DNA of 64,000 nucleotides from assembly GCA_031275345.1 (NCBI GenBank), contig JAISOW010000002.1, positions 64,517-128,516 on the forward strand. Reading direction: 5' to 3'. The translations under genes were made by a program, and so were the position numbers. Positions within the stretch are counted from its first letter, which is position 1. Each line of letters starts with the position of its first letter. Source of the stretch: Puniceicoccales bacterium (lineage in GTDB: Bacteria > Verrucomicrobiota > Verrucomicrobiia > Opitutales > JAIRLM01). Positions 19,021 through 27,499 of the stretch are shown in pieces. The notes beneath the pieces are model-generated. The model saw nothing but the letters and a program-made list of their open reading frames with translations. It had not been told where the DNA came from and searched no databases.

Positions 19021-20325
19021 ATTGCCCTGCGCACCGTGTCAGCCGATCCGGCGGCCGACAATGAATTTGCCCATGCGGAAAATTTTTTGACAGCCGCACT
19101 GGCATCGCTCGGCTTTTCAGTGCAAACCTTTCCCACGGCGGAGCACCATCCCATCCTGCTGGGCACAAGGGGTTCGGCAAATGCACCAACCGCCCTGCTG
19201 ATCTATGGCCACTACGATGTGCAGCCGGCCAACTGCGACGGCCAGTGGAGCTCCGATCCATTTTTTTTGGTGGAACGGGATGGCAAATTGTACGGCAGAG
19301 GGGTGGCCGACGACAAGGGCCCAATCGCCGCCATCCTGTCAGCGCTGCGCAGCGCCGGAGATCTGCCAAATTTGCGGATCACATTTGTGCTGGAAGGAAG
19401 TGAGGAGATCGGCAGCCCCAGCTTTTTGGATTTTCTCAAAACCAACCATGGCAACATGCGGGCCGATGCGGCCATCGTGCTCGACACCGGCTGCCCCGAA
19501 GAACTTAGGCCGGCCATCACCACGTCCCTGCGCGGCATCCTGCCATTTGAAGTTTGCCTGACAACCGGAGAACGGGATTTGCATTCCGGCTTCGGCGGCT
19601 GCGTTCCCAATGCAATTCAAGAACTTTTGCGCCTTTGCAGCCGGTTGCACGGACCCGATGGACGGGTGGCTGTGCCCGGCTTCTACGATGGCATTTCCCT
19701 GGCAGGCTGCGATTGTGTGTCCGTCGCAACGGGTGAAGATGAACAATTTGCCAAGGAAATGGGCGTGCGAAATTTGCAATGCCTATTTCCCCAACTACCG
19801 CGCCATGCCGTGCACGGCGTTTTGCCTTCGCTGGATTTTAATGGAATCTGGAGCGGCTACCAGGGGCTGGGCTCTAAGACAATTATTCCGGCCGTTGCGT
19901 CGGCCAAGTTTACCGTGCGCACCGTTGCTGGCCAGGACCAGTCGGCCATGGGCCACGCCGTGGAACAATTTCTCAAAAGCCATGCACCGGCCCATTGCCA
20001 GCTTTCCGTAAAAATGTCCACCGCAGCGCCGGCCTACGGCCTGGATTGGAAACGACTGGATGGAAAATTTATCCAACTATTTTCTTCGCTAGAATCGGCC
20101 GTGGAAGCGGCATTTGGCACAAAGCCCGTGCATCGAAGGGAAGGAGGTAGCATTGGTGTGGTCAGCGCGTTTTGGGACGTGCTGGGTCTGGACAGCATGC
20201 TGCTTGGGGTGGTGCCACCGGAGTCCAGGATCCACGCATCCGATGAAAATTGGAGCATGGAAAGTTTTTGGCGTACGCAACTGGCCCTGGAGTATTTTTT
20301 TAAAAATATTGACCAGGAACATTGA
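18985..20325 (+). CDS. M20 family metallopeptidase (dipeptidase/ArgE/DapE-like)
   Basis: LLIYGHYDVQPA, GRGVADDKGPI, LEGSEEIGSPSF. The first 229 codons of track ORF 18298..20325 are antisense to pheT. ATG 18985 is taken as the start; ATG 18910 in the duplicated copy is an in-frame alternative. Confidence 0.85.
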   Translation: MDGEMWKLLQRFIALRTVSADPAADNEFAHAENFLTAALASLGFSVQTFPTAEHHPILLGTRGSANAPTALLIYGHYDVQPANCDGQWSSDPFFLVERDGKLYGRGVADDKGPIAAILSALRSAGDLPNLRITFVLEGSEEIGSPSFLDFLKTNHGNMRADAAIVLDTGCPEELRPAITTSLRGILPFEVCLTTGERDLHSGFGGCVPNAIQELLRLCSRLHGPDGRVAVPGFYDGISLAGCDCVSVATGEDEQFAKEMGVRNLQCLFPQLPRHAVHGVLPSLDFNGIWSGYQGLGSKTIIPAVASAKFTVRTVAGQDQSAMGHAVEQFLKSHAPAHCQLSVKMSTAAPAYGLDWKRLDGKFIQLFSSLESAVEAAFGTKPVHRREGGSIGVVSAFWDVLGLDSMLLGVVPPESRIHASDENWSMESFWRTQLALEYFFKNIDQEH

Positions 20326-20544
20326 CCAAAAGCGTTGTGCAAATGCGGATCGCAAAATACCTTACCAAGCTCTAGCTTTCCAAATTGTCGGCCAAATTTT
20401 TGACGCAAACGGCTAAAAATTCTGTCTGTTGCAAACAAAAACAGATGGTAAATTTCCGCCAAAGTGCACCGGTTCAAAAGATTCAAAAAATAGCAGAAAA
20501 AACGGCAATTACCATGTCCTTCTGCCCGGAAAAATTGGGTCCCA

Positions 20545-21657
20545 CTAGGATGCTTCGTAGAGGTCAAGGTCGCTCCGTTCCATGTCCACTTCAATGCAGA
20601 TTTCTCCCGACTCTTTTAGGTCGTGCACCCAGCGCAGAACTTCAGCAACCGGTTCCAATAGCGCCGTTGGGATAAATGCCATGATTTCGGCCGCGTCCAT
20701 CAGGGCATGGGCTAGCGGCACGTTGCGCATAATGGGAATGCCGGATAGGCGGGCAATGTCGATCATTTCTGCGGCCATGGCTCCTTCGCCCTTGGCTAGA
20801 ACAACCGGCAACGGGGCAATGGCATCGTTGTAAAAAATGGCGATTGCCAGATGGGTTGGGTTGGTGATGAGTGCGTTGGACCGCTTGGTGCGCTGGGCCG
20901 GCGACTCGTTCATAATTTCCTGGTGCAGTTGGCGGCGGCGGCCCTTGATTTCTGGCGAACCCTCCATTTCCTTGTACTCCCGTTTGATTTCGCTCTTGGA
21001 CATCATCAATTTTTTTGTGAAGTCACGGCGCTGGAAGAAAATATCAATTATTGCCACCACGGAATAGGCAAAAATTACGATGTAGGCAAAGTGCTTCATC
21101 GTTGGGCCGAGCACGGCCATCAATCCGGCAATGCCGGCGTAGGGCAGGAGGATGAGCGTGCCAAGTTCACTCTTGATCAGGCGGTAGATGAGAATGCCAA
21201 GAAAGATCACCTTCAACAGGGATTTGAGAAATTCAAAAAAATTTTTTTTGGAAAAAATCTGCTTAAATTTTGCGATTGGATTCAATTTTTTTAGATCTGG
21301 TTTGATGGGTTCTCCGGAAAATACGGCCCCCACCTGGATAAAGCCGGAAGCAACGGCAAAGGCGGCGACAATTCCCAGCAGGGGAAGGAGGAGTAAAATA
21401 ACCTCCCAAAAGCATCCATCCAATACTTCTCCCAATCCGTGCTGAAAGGACGATGGGAAAAATTGTGCTGGAAATACCAGCAATTCTGCCAATTCCCGCA
21501 CCAATGGCCGCCACTTCAGGCCGATGTAGGCAAAAATCCCAATCAATAGCACGGTGGACGTAAAATCTTTGCTATAGGCAACCTGTCCCTTTTTTTTTGC
21601 ATCCCGCAGCCGCTTGGGCGTAGGCATTTCCGTCTTTTCTTCACTGCTGTCGGCCAT
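20545..21657 (-). CDS. sctU: type III secretion export-apparatus switch protein SctU (YscU/CdsU family)
   Basis: MADSSEEKTEMPTPKRLRDAKKKGQVAYSKDF N-terminus, four TM segments, and the NPTH autocleavage motif (LITNPTHLAIAIFY). Confidence 0.9.
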   Translation of the reverse strand: MADSSEEKTEMPTPKRLRDAKKKGQVAYSKDFTSTVLLIGIFAYIGLKWRPLVRELAELLVFPAQFFPSSFQHGLGEVLDGCFWEVILLLLPLLGIVAAFAVASGFIQVGAVFSGEPIKPDLKKLNPIAKFKQIFSKKNFFEFLKSLLKVIFLGILIYRLIKSELGTLILLPYAGIAGLMAVLGPTMKHFAYIVIFAYSVVAIIDIFFQRRDFTKKLMMSKSEIKREYKEMEGSPEIKGRRRQLHQEIMNESPAQRTKRSNALITNPTHLAIAIFYNDAIAPLPVVLAKGEGAMAAEMIDIARLSGIPIMRNVPLAHALMDAAEIMAFIPTALLEPVAEVLRWVHDLKESGEICIEVDMERSDLDLYEAS

Positions 21658-21660
21658 GGC

Positions 21661-22449
21661 TTAGTTCCAAAAGTTGGCAAAAAATTCCAACACCTTACTT
21701 TTTTCAAAAAAGAAGCGGAGAAAGAAATTGAGCAGATGGTAGAAATATAGGATGAGAAAAAGGGCGGATAGGCCACTTTTGATGCCCATTGATAGAAAAA
21801 ATACGTTCATCTGCGGCGCAAATCGATTTACCATTCCCAGGCCAAACTCGGCCAAAAATAGGGTGAATAGGATGGGGCCAACCAGGGCAAATACGATGGA
21901 CGCGTACTCGCCCATGAAGTTTACAAAATAGTAGGCCAATTCTCCGTTGAGCCTGGGAATGAAGGAAAAGATTGGCCAGTACACGTAGCTTTGATAAATT
22001 ATGTCGAGAAAGAAGAGAAATCCTCCGGATAGAAAAAATAGCAGCAGCACAAGCTGCACAAAAAAATCGGCAAATACCGTCGTCTGACTTTCGTTAAAAG
22101 CGCTGAATAGGGAGGCGGACGATGCTCCCCGCTGCACATCGATCAGGTTGCCAACCCCCTCCACCACGAAAAAGATAAAACTTCCCAAAAAGCCAAGAAC
22201 GCTGCCGACGATGATTTCCTTGGTTGCGAGCAATAGTGTCGCGCCCAGAGAAATGTCCACATTGCCGCAGGTTTGGGAAAAGATTGGATAGGTGAAAAGG
22301 GTCAGGCCAAGGACCCACGAATTGCGGCCCATGCCCATCACATTTTTTTTCCCAAAAAATGGCAGCATGGAAAAAATCGCCGTCATGCGGATGACGCCGA
22401 CGATGATGGCGAAGTAGAAGCTGCGAAGATCTTGGAAAAATGCAAACAT
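21661..22449 (-). CDS. sctT: type III secretion export-gate protein SctT (YscT/FliR family)
   Basis: 262-aa polytopic protein lying 3 nt upstream of sctU and 4 nt downstream of sctS. Size, hydrophobicity and position are typical of the family. Confidence 0.8.
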   Translation of the reverse strand: MFAFFQDLRSFYFAIIVGVIRMTAIFSMLPFFGKKNVMGMGRNSWVLGLTLFTYPIFSQTCGNVDISLGATLLLATKEIIVGSVLGFLGSFIFFVVEGVGNLIDVQRGASSASLFSAFNESQTTVFADFFVQLVLLLFFLSGGFLFFLDIIYQSYVYWPIFSFIPRLNGELAYYFVNFMGEYASIVFALVGPILFTLFLAEFGLGMVNRFAPQMNVFFLSMGIKSGLSALFLILYFYHLLNFFLRFFFEKSKVLEFFANFWN

Positions 22450-22453
22450 GGCC

Positions 22454-22723
22454 CTAGGTGATCATTGTCGGAAAGTAGGAAAAGACGTGGCGGGTAAAGC
22501 CCATGATTTCCGACCCCATCCAGCGGGCCGTGACCAGCAGAACAATGACAACGGATATTAGCTTTACCGTAAAACCCAGCGTCTGTTCCTGAATTTGTGT
22601 CAATGCCTGCAAAAGGCTGACCAACAGGCCTACCACCGTTGCCACAAGGATGGATGGCAGGGATAGGATTAGGATCATGACCATGGCCTTCACGCTGAAA
22701 TCCAGAACAATGCTATTCTCCAT
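22454..22723 (-). CDS. sctS: type III secretion export-gate protein SctS (YscS/FliQ family)
   Basis: 89-aa two-TM hairpin protein (LVSLLQALTQIQEQTLGFTVKL) immediately upstream of sctT. Confidence 0.85.
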   Translation of the reverse strand: MENSIVLDFSVKAMVMILILSLPSILVATVVGLLVSLLQALTQIQEQTLGFTVKLISVVIVLLVTARWMGSEIMGFTRHVFSYFPTMIT

Positions 22724-22779
22724 GGCGCCGGCGCATTGTGCCGTGCACCTGTGTCCGTGGCAATGCCTTTTATGGGATT

Positions 22780-23313
22780 TTAGCGAAGTGGCACAATCGG
22801 CACGGCTGCCAAGCTGCAGAGATGGGCAACCAGTGGATCGTTGTCGTAGTCATTGCGGTAGTAGATGCGGCCAATGCCGGCCGCCAGGAGAATTTTGGCA
22901 CAGTGGATGCAGGGATGGTGGGTCACGTAGGCATGGGCACCGGCCACCGCCACCCCGCGCTTGGCCGCATCTGCGATTGCATTCTGCTCAGCGTGGACCG
23001 TGGCAAGTTCGTGGCCATCCCGGATGCAGGCTTCGTGGGGCAGGCCGGATAGAAAGCCGTTGTAGCCGGATGCAACGATGCGATTGCCATTGGCGCCGGC
23101 GGCCACAAGGATGCAACCCACGTGGAGCCGGTCACTGGGAGAACGGGTGGCAATGAGCAGGGCAACCGCCATAAAATATTCTTCCCAGGACGGTCGTTTC
23201 TTCAGCGGCGTGGCAAGAAATTCTATGGCATCGCAAAGGCTACGATTCACATTCTTCCCCCTCCAATAGGCGGTGCAGTGCCGCCGACGGGTCAGCAACC
23301 AATTTTCGATCAA
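22780..23313 (-). CDS. deoxycytidylate (dCMP) deaminase, ComEB-like
   Basis: Zinc-deaminase motifs HAEQNAI and PCIHCAKIL, plus WEEYFMAVALLIATRS. The start is uncertain: GTG 23250 would shrink the overlap with the upstream gene from 74 nt to 11 nt. Confidence 0.85.
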   Translation of the reverse strand: MIENWLLTRRRHCTAYWRGKNVNRSLCDAIEFLATPLKKRPSWEEYFMAVALLIATRSPSDRLHVGCILVAAGANGNRIVASGYNGFLSGLPHEACIRDGHELATVHAEQNAIADAAKRGVAVAGAHAYVTHHPCIHCAKILLAAGIGRIYYRNDYDNDPLVAHLCSLAAVPIVPLR

Positions 23314-24610
23314 CGGCCAGGGTCCGTACGGAGGTGGACGGCAAAAAGAATTTAAAATCTCGAAAAAGCCGTTCGAGGACCGTCATCAGACCGCGTGCTC
23401 CGGTTTTTTCCTGCTCCGCCGTGGTGGCAATGGCATCGATGGCACCTTCATCAACGGTCAATGCGATGCCGTAGGCTTCAAAATCTTTTTCGTACTGCCG
23501 CAGGATGGAACCCTCCGATGCCGTCAAAATTTGTGCAAGATCCCTGCGATCGAGGGCCTCACACGCAACCCGCACGGGTAGGCGGCCCACAAATTCCGGC
23601 TCCAGGCCAAAACGGATAAAATCTTCCGTGGCGGCAAGGGAAAGAAATTCTTCTCCCCCCATCGCCAGCTTCCGGTTGGCAAAGCCGATCGTGCCAGCGT
23701 CCAGTCGGCGGCGCACGATATCACCCAGGCGGTCGAATGCGCCGCTTACTATGAACAAAATGTGCCGTGTGCCGATGGTTTGCCGCCGCTGCCGGCGGGA
23801 ACCAAAGTGCAGCATGGACCCCATCTGGGCGGCAATGTCATTGGGAGCGACAAGGTTGACCTCTGTGTCCTCCATCAATTTTAGCAGATTCACCTGCACG
23901 CCACGGCCGGAAACATCGCGGCCGCTGTCGCCGGCCGAGGCAATTTTGTCAATTTCATCGATGAAAATGATGCCGTACTGGGCCAGTTCGACGTCGCCGT
24001 TGGCCACCCGCACCAGATCTCGCACCAAATCTTCCACGTCGTTTCCCACGTAGCCGGTTTCGGAAAATTTTGTGGCATCTGCCTTGACGAATGGGACGCC
24101 GAGCAGCTTGGCGATGTGGCGAATGAGATAGGTCTTGCCGACGCCGGTCGGTCCGAGGAGTAGAACGTTCGGCTTGCCATAGTCATTGGCCAGCTCATCC
24201 GGATTATCCAGGCAGCGGCGCACGTGGTTGTAGTGGTCGCAGATCGTTACGGCCAGTACCTTCTTCGCCTCATCCTGTTTGATGACATAGCGCTGCAGAT
24301 GGTCACGGATGTCGCGCGGTTTGAGAGAAAATGTGCGAATGTGTTCCGCACCTGAGGACCTGTCATCAGCTTCCCCGGCGCCATCGCCCGCCTCTCCCTC
24401 CTGGCGAGCCGCAAACTGGGCAACGGTCGGCACGCCGGATTGCTGCGGATTGCCACTGCCGAAGAAGATGCGAAAGAGATGGTCATGGAAATTTTCGAAT
24501 ATTTTACCATCACCACCATCCTCCCCACACCGCTCTCCATGGCACGCCGGCCCGACGGAAGGGTGTGCGTTGGAGGAAAATTTTCGCCCATCCGCTGCCT
24601 CTGTTTTCAT
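23240..24610 (-). CDS. ClpX/HslU-family AAA+ ATPase lacking an N-terminal zinc-binding domain
   Basis: Walker A LLLGPTGVGKTYL, DATKFSETGYVGNDVEDLVRDLV, Walker B GIIFIDEIDKIA, sensor region ILFIVSGAF. The N-terminal 100 aa have no C4 zinc finger. Confidence 0.75.
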   Translation of the reverse strand: MKTEAADGRKFSSNAHPSVGPACHGERCGEDGGDGKIFENFHDHLFRIFFGSGNPQQSGVPTVAQFAARQEGEAGDGAGEADDRSSGAEHIRTFSLKPRDIRDHLQRYVIKQDEAKKVLAVTICDHYNHVRRCLDNPDELANDYGKPNVLLLGPTGVGKTYLIRHIAKLLGVPFVKADATKFSETGYVGNDVEDLVRDLVRVANGDVELAQYGIIFIDEIDKIASAGDSGRDVSGRGVQVNLLKLMEDTEVNLVAPNDIAAQMGSMLHFGSRRQRRQTIGTRHILFIVSGAFDRLGDIVRRRLDAGTIGFANRKLAMGGEEFLSLAATEDFIRFGLEPEFVGRLPVRVACEALDRRDLAQILTASEGSILRQYEKDFEAYGIALTVDEGAIDAIATTAEQEKTGARGLMTVLERLFRDFKFFLPSTSVRTLAVDRKLVADPSAALHRLLEGEECES

Positions 24611-24692
24611 TTTTTTACTTGTCCTTTGGTGAAAATCATTTCAAACTTAGCCAGTCTCTTGCTGAATTCCTGGCGAGGGCAAATCTTTTCCT

Positions 24693-24992
24693 ATGAGCGC
24701 GCAAAAATTGACAAAGCGGGACATTGTCCAGCAGCTGAGCGACAGCGGGGAGTTGCTCCGCCGGGATGTGGCAGAGGTTGTACAGGGTGTTTTGGATAGC
24801 ATTTCAACGGCATTAAAGAAAGGAAAGAAGGTAGAATTGCGCAATTTTGGCGTTTTTGAAATCCAAATGCGCCGTGCCAGGGTTGGACGCAATCCCAACC
24901 ATCCGGAAAAGCCAATAAAAATTCCCGCCCAGGGTGTGGTGAAATTTCGGGCCGGCAAGGACTTGCGCCGCTACGTCAAGGCCCATTCCTGA
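24693..24992 (+). CDS. HU/IHF-family DNA-binding protein
   Basis: 99 aa. VELRNFGVFEIQMRRARVGRNPNHPEKPIKIPAQGVVKFRAGKDL is the beta-arm signature of HU/IHF. Confidence 0.9.
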   Translation: MSAQKLTKRDIVQQLSDSGELLRRDVAEVVQGVLDSISTALKKGKKVELRNFGVFEIQMRRARVGRNPNHPEKPIKIPAQGVVKFRAGKDLRRYVKAHS

Positions 24993-25127
24993 GCTTCGGT
25001 CGACAAATTTGGTCGGCAACGGTTGCAACCCGTCCAACCAGGCCTGTGGAGGCAACGGGGCGTTTTGCGCCGAAAAATTTCATGCTAAACTGGCTCTGAC
25101 GACCGTCCACGGCGGCCGTCGGAGAGG

Positions 25128-25538
25128 TTGGCAATGGCGGATCGGACGGCGGAAATTGGGCGGGGCAGCGGGGCGAAGAAAAGAGGAACGGCCCGGTCCT
25201 GTCGGCCATCTGACCGCACAAAATCTCGAAAATTTGCCGATTCGCAGACCGTGGGCGGTGCCGCAGGGACCACCACCCAGGCGGCCACATTTTTCTCAAC
25301 AGCTGCCCGCGCTGCCACCATCCTTGCATTTTTGCTCGGGCTCTGCCTCACCGTTGTCAGCCTGCGGGATTCCTTTTCCCGGGATTGCAGGGAGGTAACG
25401 GCGCGCCAGGAGCGGGCACTCGGCGAATTACGCCGGGAAGTTCTCGATCTCCACGAACGTCTTGCGCTGCTGGACGTGAAGGTGTCCACGGCCGACCGCT
25501 GGGAACGGCCCAATGGGCGGCGTGGAGGACGGCCGTGA
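25128..25538 (+). CDS. hypothetical membrane-anchored coiled-coil protein
   Basis: 136-aa ORF with a basic N-terminus, one hydrophobic segment (AATILAFLLGLCLTVVSL), then a heptad-like helix (ERALGELRREVLDLHERLALLDVKV). Confidence 0.45.
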   Translation: MAMADRTAEIGRGSGAKKRGTARSCRPSDRTKSRKFADSQTVGGAAGTTTQAATFFSTAARAATILAFLLGLCLTVVSLRDSFSRDCREVTARQERALGELRREVLDLHERLALLDVKVSTADRWERPNGRRGGRP

Positions 25539-25792
25539 GGTCAATTCCCTACGCCATTCTCTGCCGCTGCCACGCGCTATTTCCCCTGGCGTTGTCGGAA
25601 CGGCAGCTGGCAATTGCCCTATCACTGGAGGGCTATCGCATAGCTAAACCTTTGCTGCGAAAAATTTTGGCAAATTTGCGCAAAAGACGGCAGCTGGAAT
25701 TGATCGACGGCGATGGCCGTGGCCTGTGCTACCGGCTCCGGCCGGCCGGTGAAACGGAAGATTTTTTTGCGGAGGAGGTGCCCGGTGACTAG
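25535..25792 (+). CDS. hypothetical small protein, possible winged-helix DNA binder
   Basis: GTG 25535 overlaps the preceding stop (GTGA). 85 aa. LSERQLAIALSLEGYRIAKPLLRKILANLRKRRQLELI looks HTH-like. The call is weak. Confidence 0.4.
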   Translation: MRSIPYAILCRCHALFPLALSERQLAIALSLEGYRIAKPLLRKILANLRKRRQLELIDGDGRGLCYRLRPAGETEDFFAEEVPGD

Positions 25793-26108
25793 ATCCGGTT
25801 CCTCTTTTTCGCACAGCCGTGGCCTTGTACGGCGCATACTGGAACGGTCCTGCCCGGTCGGTGAGCTGGCCGAAGCGTCCCTTATCTGTGCCCTACACAG
25901 TCTGTTGGAGCAGGCGCTGCGGTGGCAGGATGGGGTTGACCTGGGCGAGCTCAATGCGGCCGCAGCAATTTTGCAAAAACTCATCGCCAGCTGGCAGCAA
26001 GTGGATGGCCAGCGGTTGGCACAGATGCCTCGGCAGGAAAAAAATGGCGGCTGTGGCATCGGGGAAGAGGACCTGCGGCACCTTGAGGAGCGGTTGCGAC
26101 TGCTATGA
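25785..26108 (+). CDS. hypothetical protein in the small-terminase position
   Basis: GTG 25785 follows GGAGGAGG. 107 aa. The stop overlaps the TerL ATG (ATGA). Assignment is by position only. Confidence 0.4.
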   Translation: MTRSGSSFSHSRGLVRRILERSCPVGELAEASLICALHSLLEQALRWQDGVDLGELNAAAAILQKLIASWQQVDGQRLAQMPRQEKNGGCGIGEEDLRHLEERLRLL

Positions 26109-27499
26109 GGACAATGGCCGGTTCCTTCTTCCTTCCCTACCAGTCCCGCTGGATTTGCGACACTTCGCGGCTTAAAATTTTGGAAAAGTCGCGGCAGATC
26201 GGCATGTCCTGGGCAACCGCCTATCGGCTGGTTCGCAGCCATGTCTGCTCCTGCCAGCGCCTGGATAGCTGGGTCTCTTCGCGGGATGAGCAGCAGGCCA
26301 GGCTATTTACAGCCGACTGCCAGCTTTTTGGCACATTTTTTGAAGCAGCGGCGCGGGCACAAAATATGCAGGTATTGGCCAAGGGAAGCCCTGCCACCGA
26401 CCTCCGCTTTGCCAATGGTACGGCCATCCACTCCCTGTCCTCCCACCCGGATGCGCAGGCCGGCAAGCGGGGAAATCGCATTTTGGACGAATTCGCCCTC
26501 CACCCCGATCCACGGCAGCTCTATTCCATCGCCGTTCCAGGAATTACCTGGGGCGGCCAGCTGGAAATTCTTTCCACCCACAGGGGCTCGCTCAATTTTT
26601 TTCATCAGCTGGTCCAGGAGGTGCGCTTTGGCGGCAATCCAAAAAAATTTTCCCTGCACCGCGTCACGCTGCAGGATGCTCTGGAGCAGGGATTTTTACG
26701 CAAATTGCGGACAAAACTTCCGGCGGATGACCCGCGCCATGCCCTGGACGAGGCCCGCTACTTCGACTTTGTCCGCACCTCATGCCCGGACGAGGCCACG
26801 TTCCAGCAGGAGTACATGTGCCAACCGCTGGATGACCGCGGCGCATTCCTTCCGGTCGACCTAATCGCGGCCTGCGAATTTTCTCCCACGGAATTTTGGG
26901 AAATTTCCCTGCCCTACCATCCGGGAACCGTGGCCATTGCCGGCCCCTGTACTCTCGGGGTGGACATCGGACGGGAGCATGACCTGACGGTCTTTTGGCT
27001 GCTGGAAATGGTGGGTGACGTGGCGGTCACCAGGCGGGTGGAATGCCTGGCGGAGTGTCCCTTCTCCGAACAGGAGCGCATTTTGTCACTTTTTCTCCGC
27101 ATTCCCCGGCTCACCGGAGTGTGCATCGACCAGAGCGGTCTCGGGCGGCAGTTCGTGGAGCAGGCGGTGGAAAAATTTGGCCGCCACAGGGTTAGGGGAG
27201 TAACCTTCACGCCGGCAGTCAAGGAAGCCATGGCCTATGCCGTTCGCCGCGCCTTCGAGGGGCGGGGCGTGCGCATTCCGGCATCCGACGCCATCAGGGC
27301 TGACCTGCATTCCGTCCGCCGCGAATTTACGGCAGCCGGCAACCTGCGATTTTTGGCAACCGCCGGGCGTGGCGGCCATGCCGATCGATTTTGGGCACTG
27401 GCCCTGGCCATCCATGCCGCCGCGTCCGGCGGCCACGGCATGCCGTCCCATGCCCCATTCCAGGTGCTGGAACGAAATTTTCGGGAGATTCTCATATGA
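26105..27499 (+). CDS. phage terminase large subunit
   Basis: 464 aa. The N-terminal LPYQSRWICDTSRLKILEKSRQIGMSWATAY pattern is typical of TerL ATPase domains. It sits immediately before the portal gene with an ATGA overlap. Confidence 0.8.
   Translation: MRTMAGSFFLPYQSRWICDTSRLKILEKSRQIGMSWATAYRLVRSHVCSCQRLDSWVSSRDEQQARLFTADCQLFGTFFEAAARAQNMQVLAKGSPATDLRFANGTAIHSLSSHPDAQAGKRGNRILDEFALHPDPRQLYSIAVPGITWGGQLEILSTHRGSLNFFHQLVQEVRFGGNPKKFSLHRVTLQDALEQGFLRKLRTKLPADDPRHALDEARYFDFVRTSCPDEATFQQEYMCQPLDDRGAFLPVDLIAACEFSPTEFWEISLPYHPGTVAIAGPCTLGVDIGREHDLTVFWLLEMVGDVAVTRRVECLAECPFSEQERILSLFLRIPRLTGVCIDQSGLGRQFVEQAVEKFGRHRVRGVTFTPAVKEAMAYAVRRAFEGRGVRIPASDAIRADLHSVRREFTAAGNLRFLATAGRGGHADRFWALALAIHAAASGGHGMPSHAPFQVLERNFREILI

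Noticed and set aside
20545-22723. Flagellar reading (FlhB-FliR-FliQ) of the three export-gate genes
   Set aside because: The SctU N-terminus (PTPKRLRDAKKKGQVAYSKDF) looks closer to YscU/CdsU than to FlhB as I remember them, and no flagellar gene is nearby. This rests on motif memory only, so the injectisome call still needs a phylogeny.
24993-25127. Search for attachment-site direct repeats flanking the phage block (compared with 36992..37060)
   Set aside because: I could find no shared sequence of 10 nt or more by eye, and no tRNA or integrase is adjacent. Absence by eye is weak evidence, so a computed repeat search is still needed.
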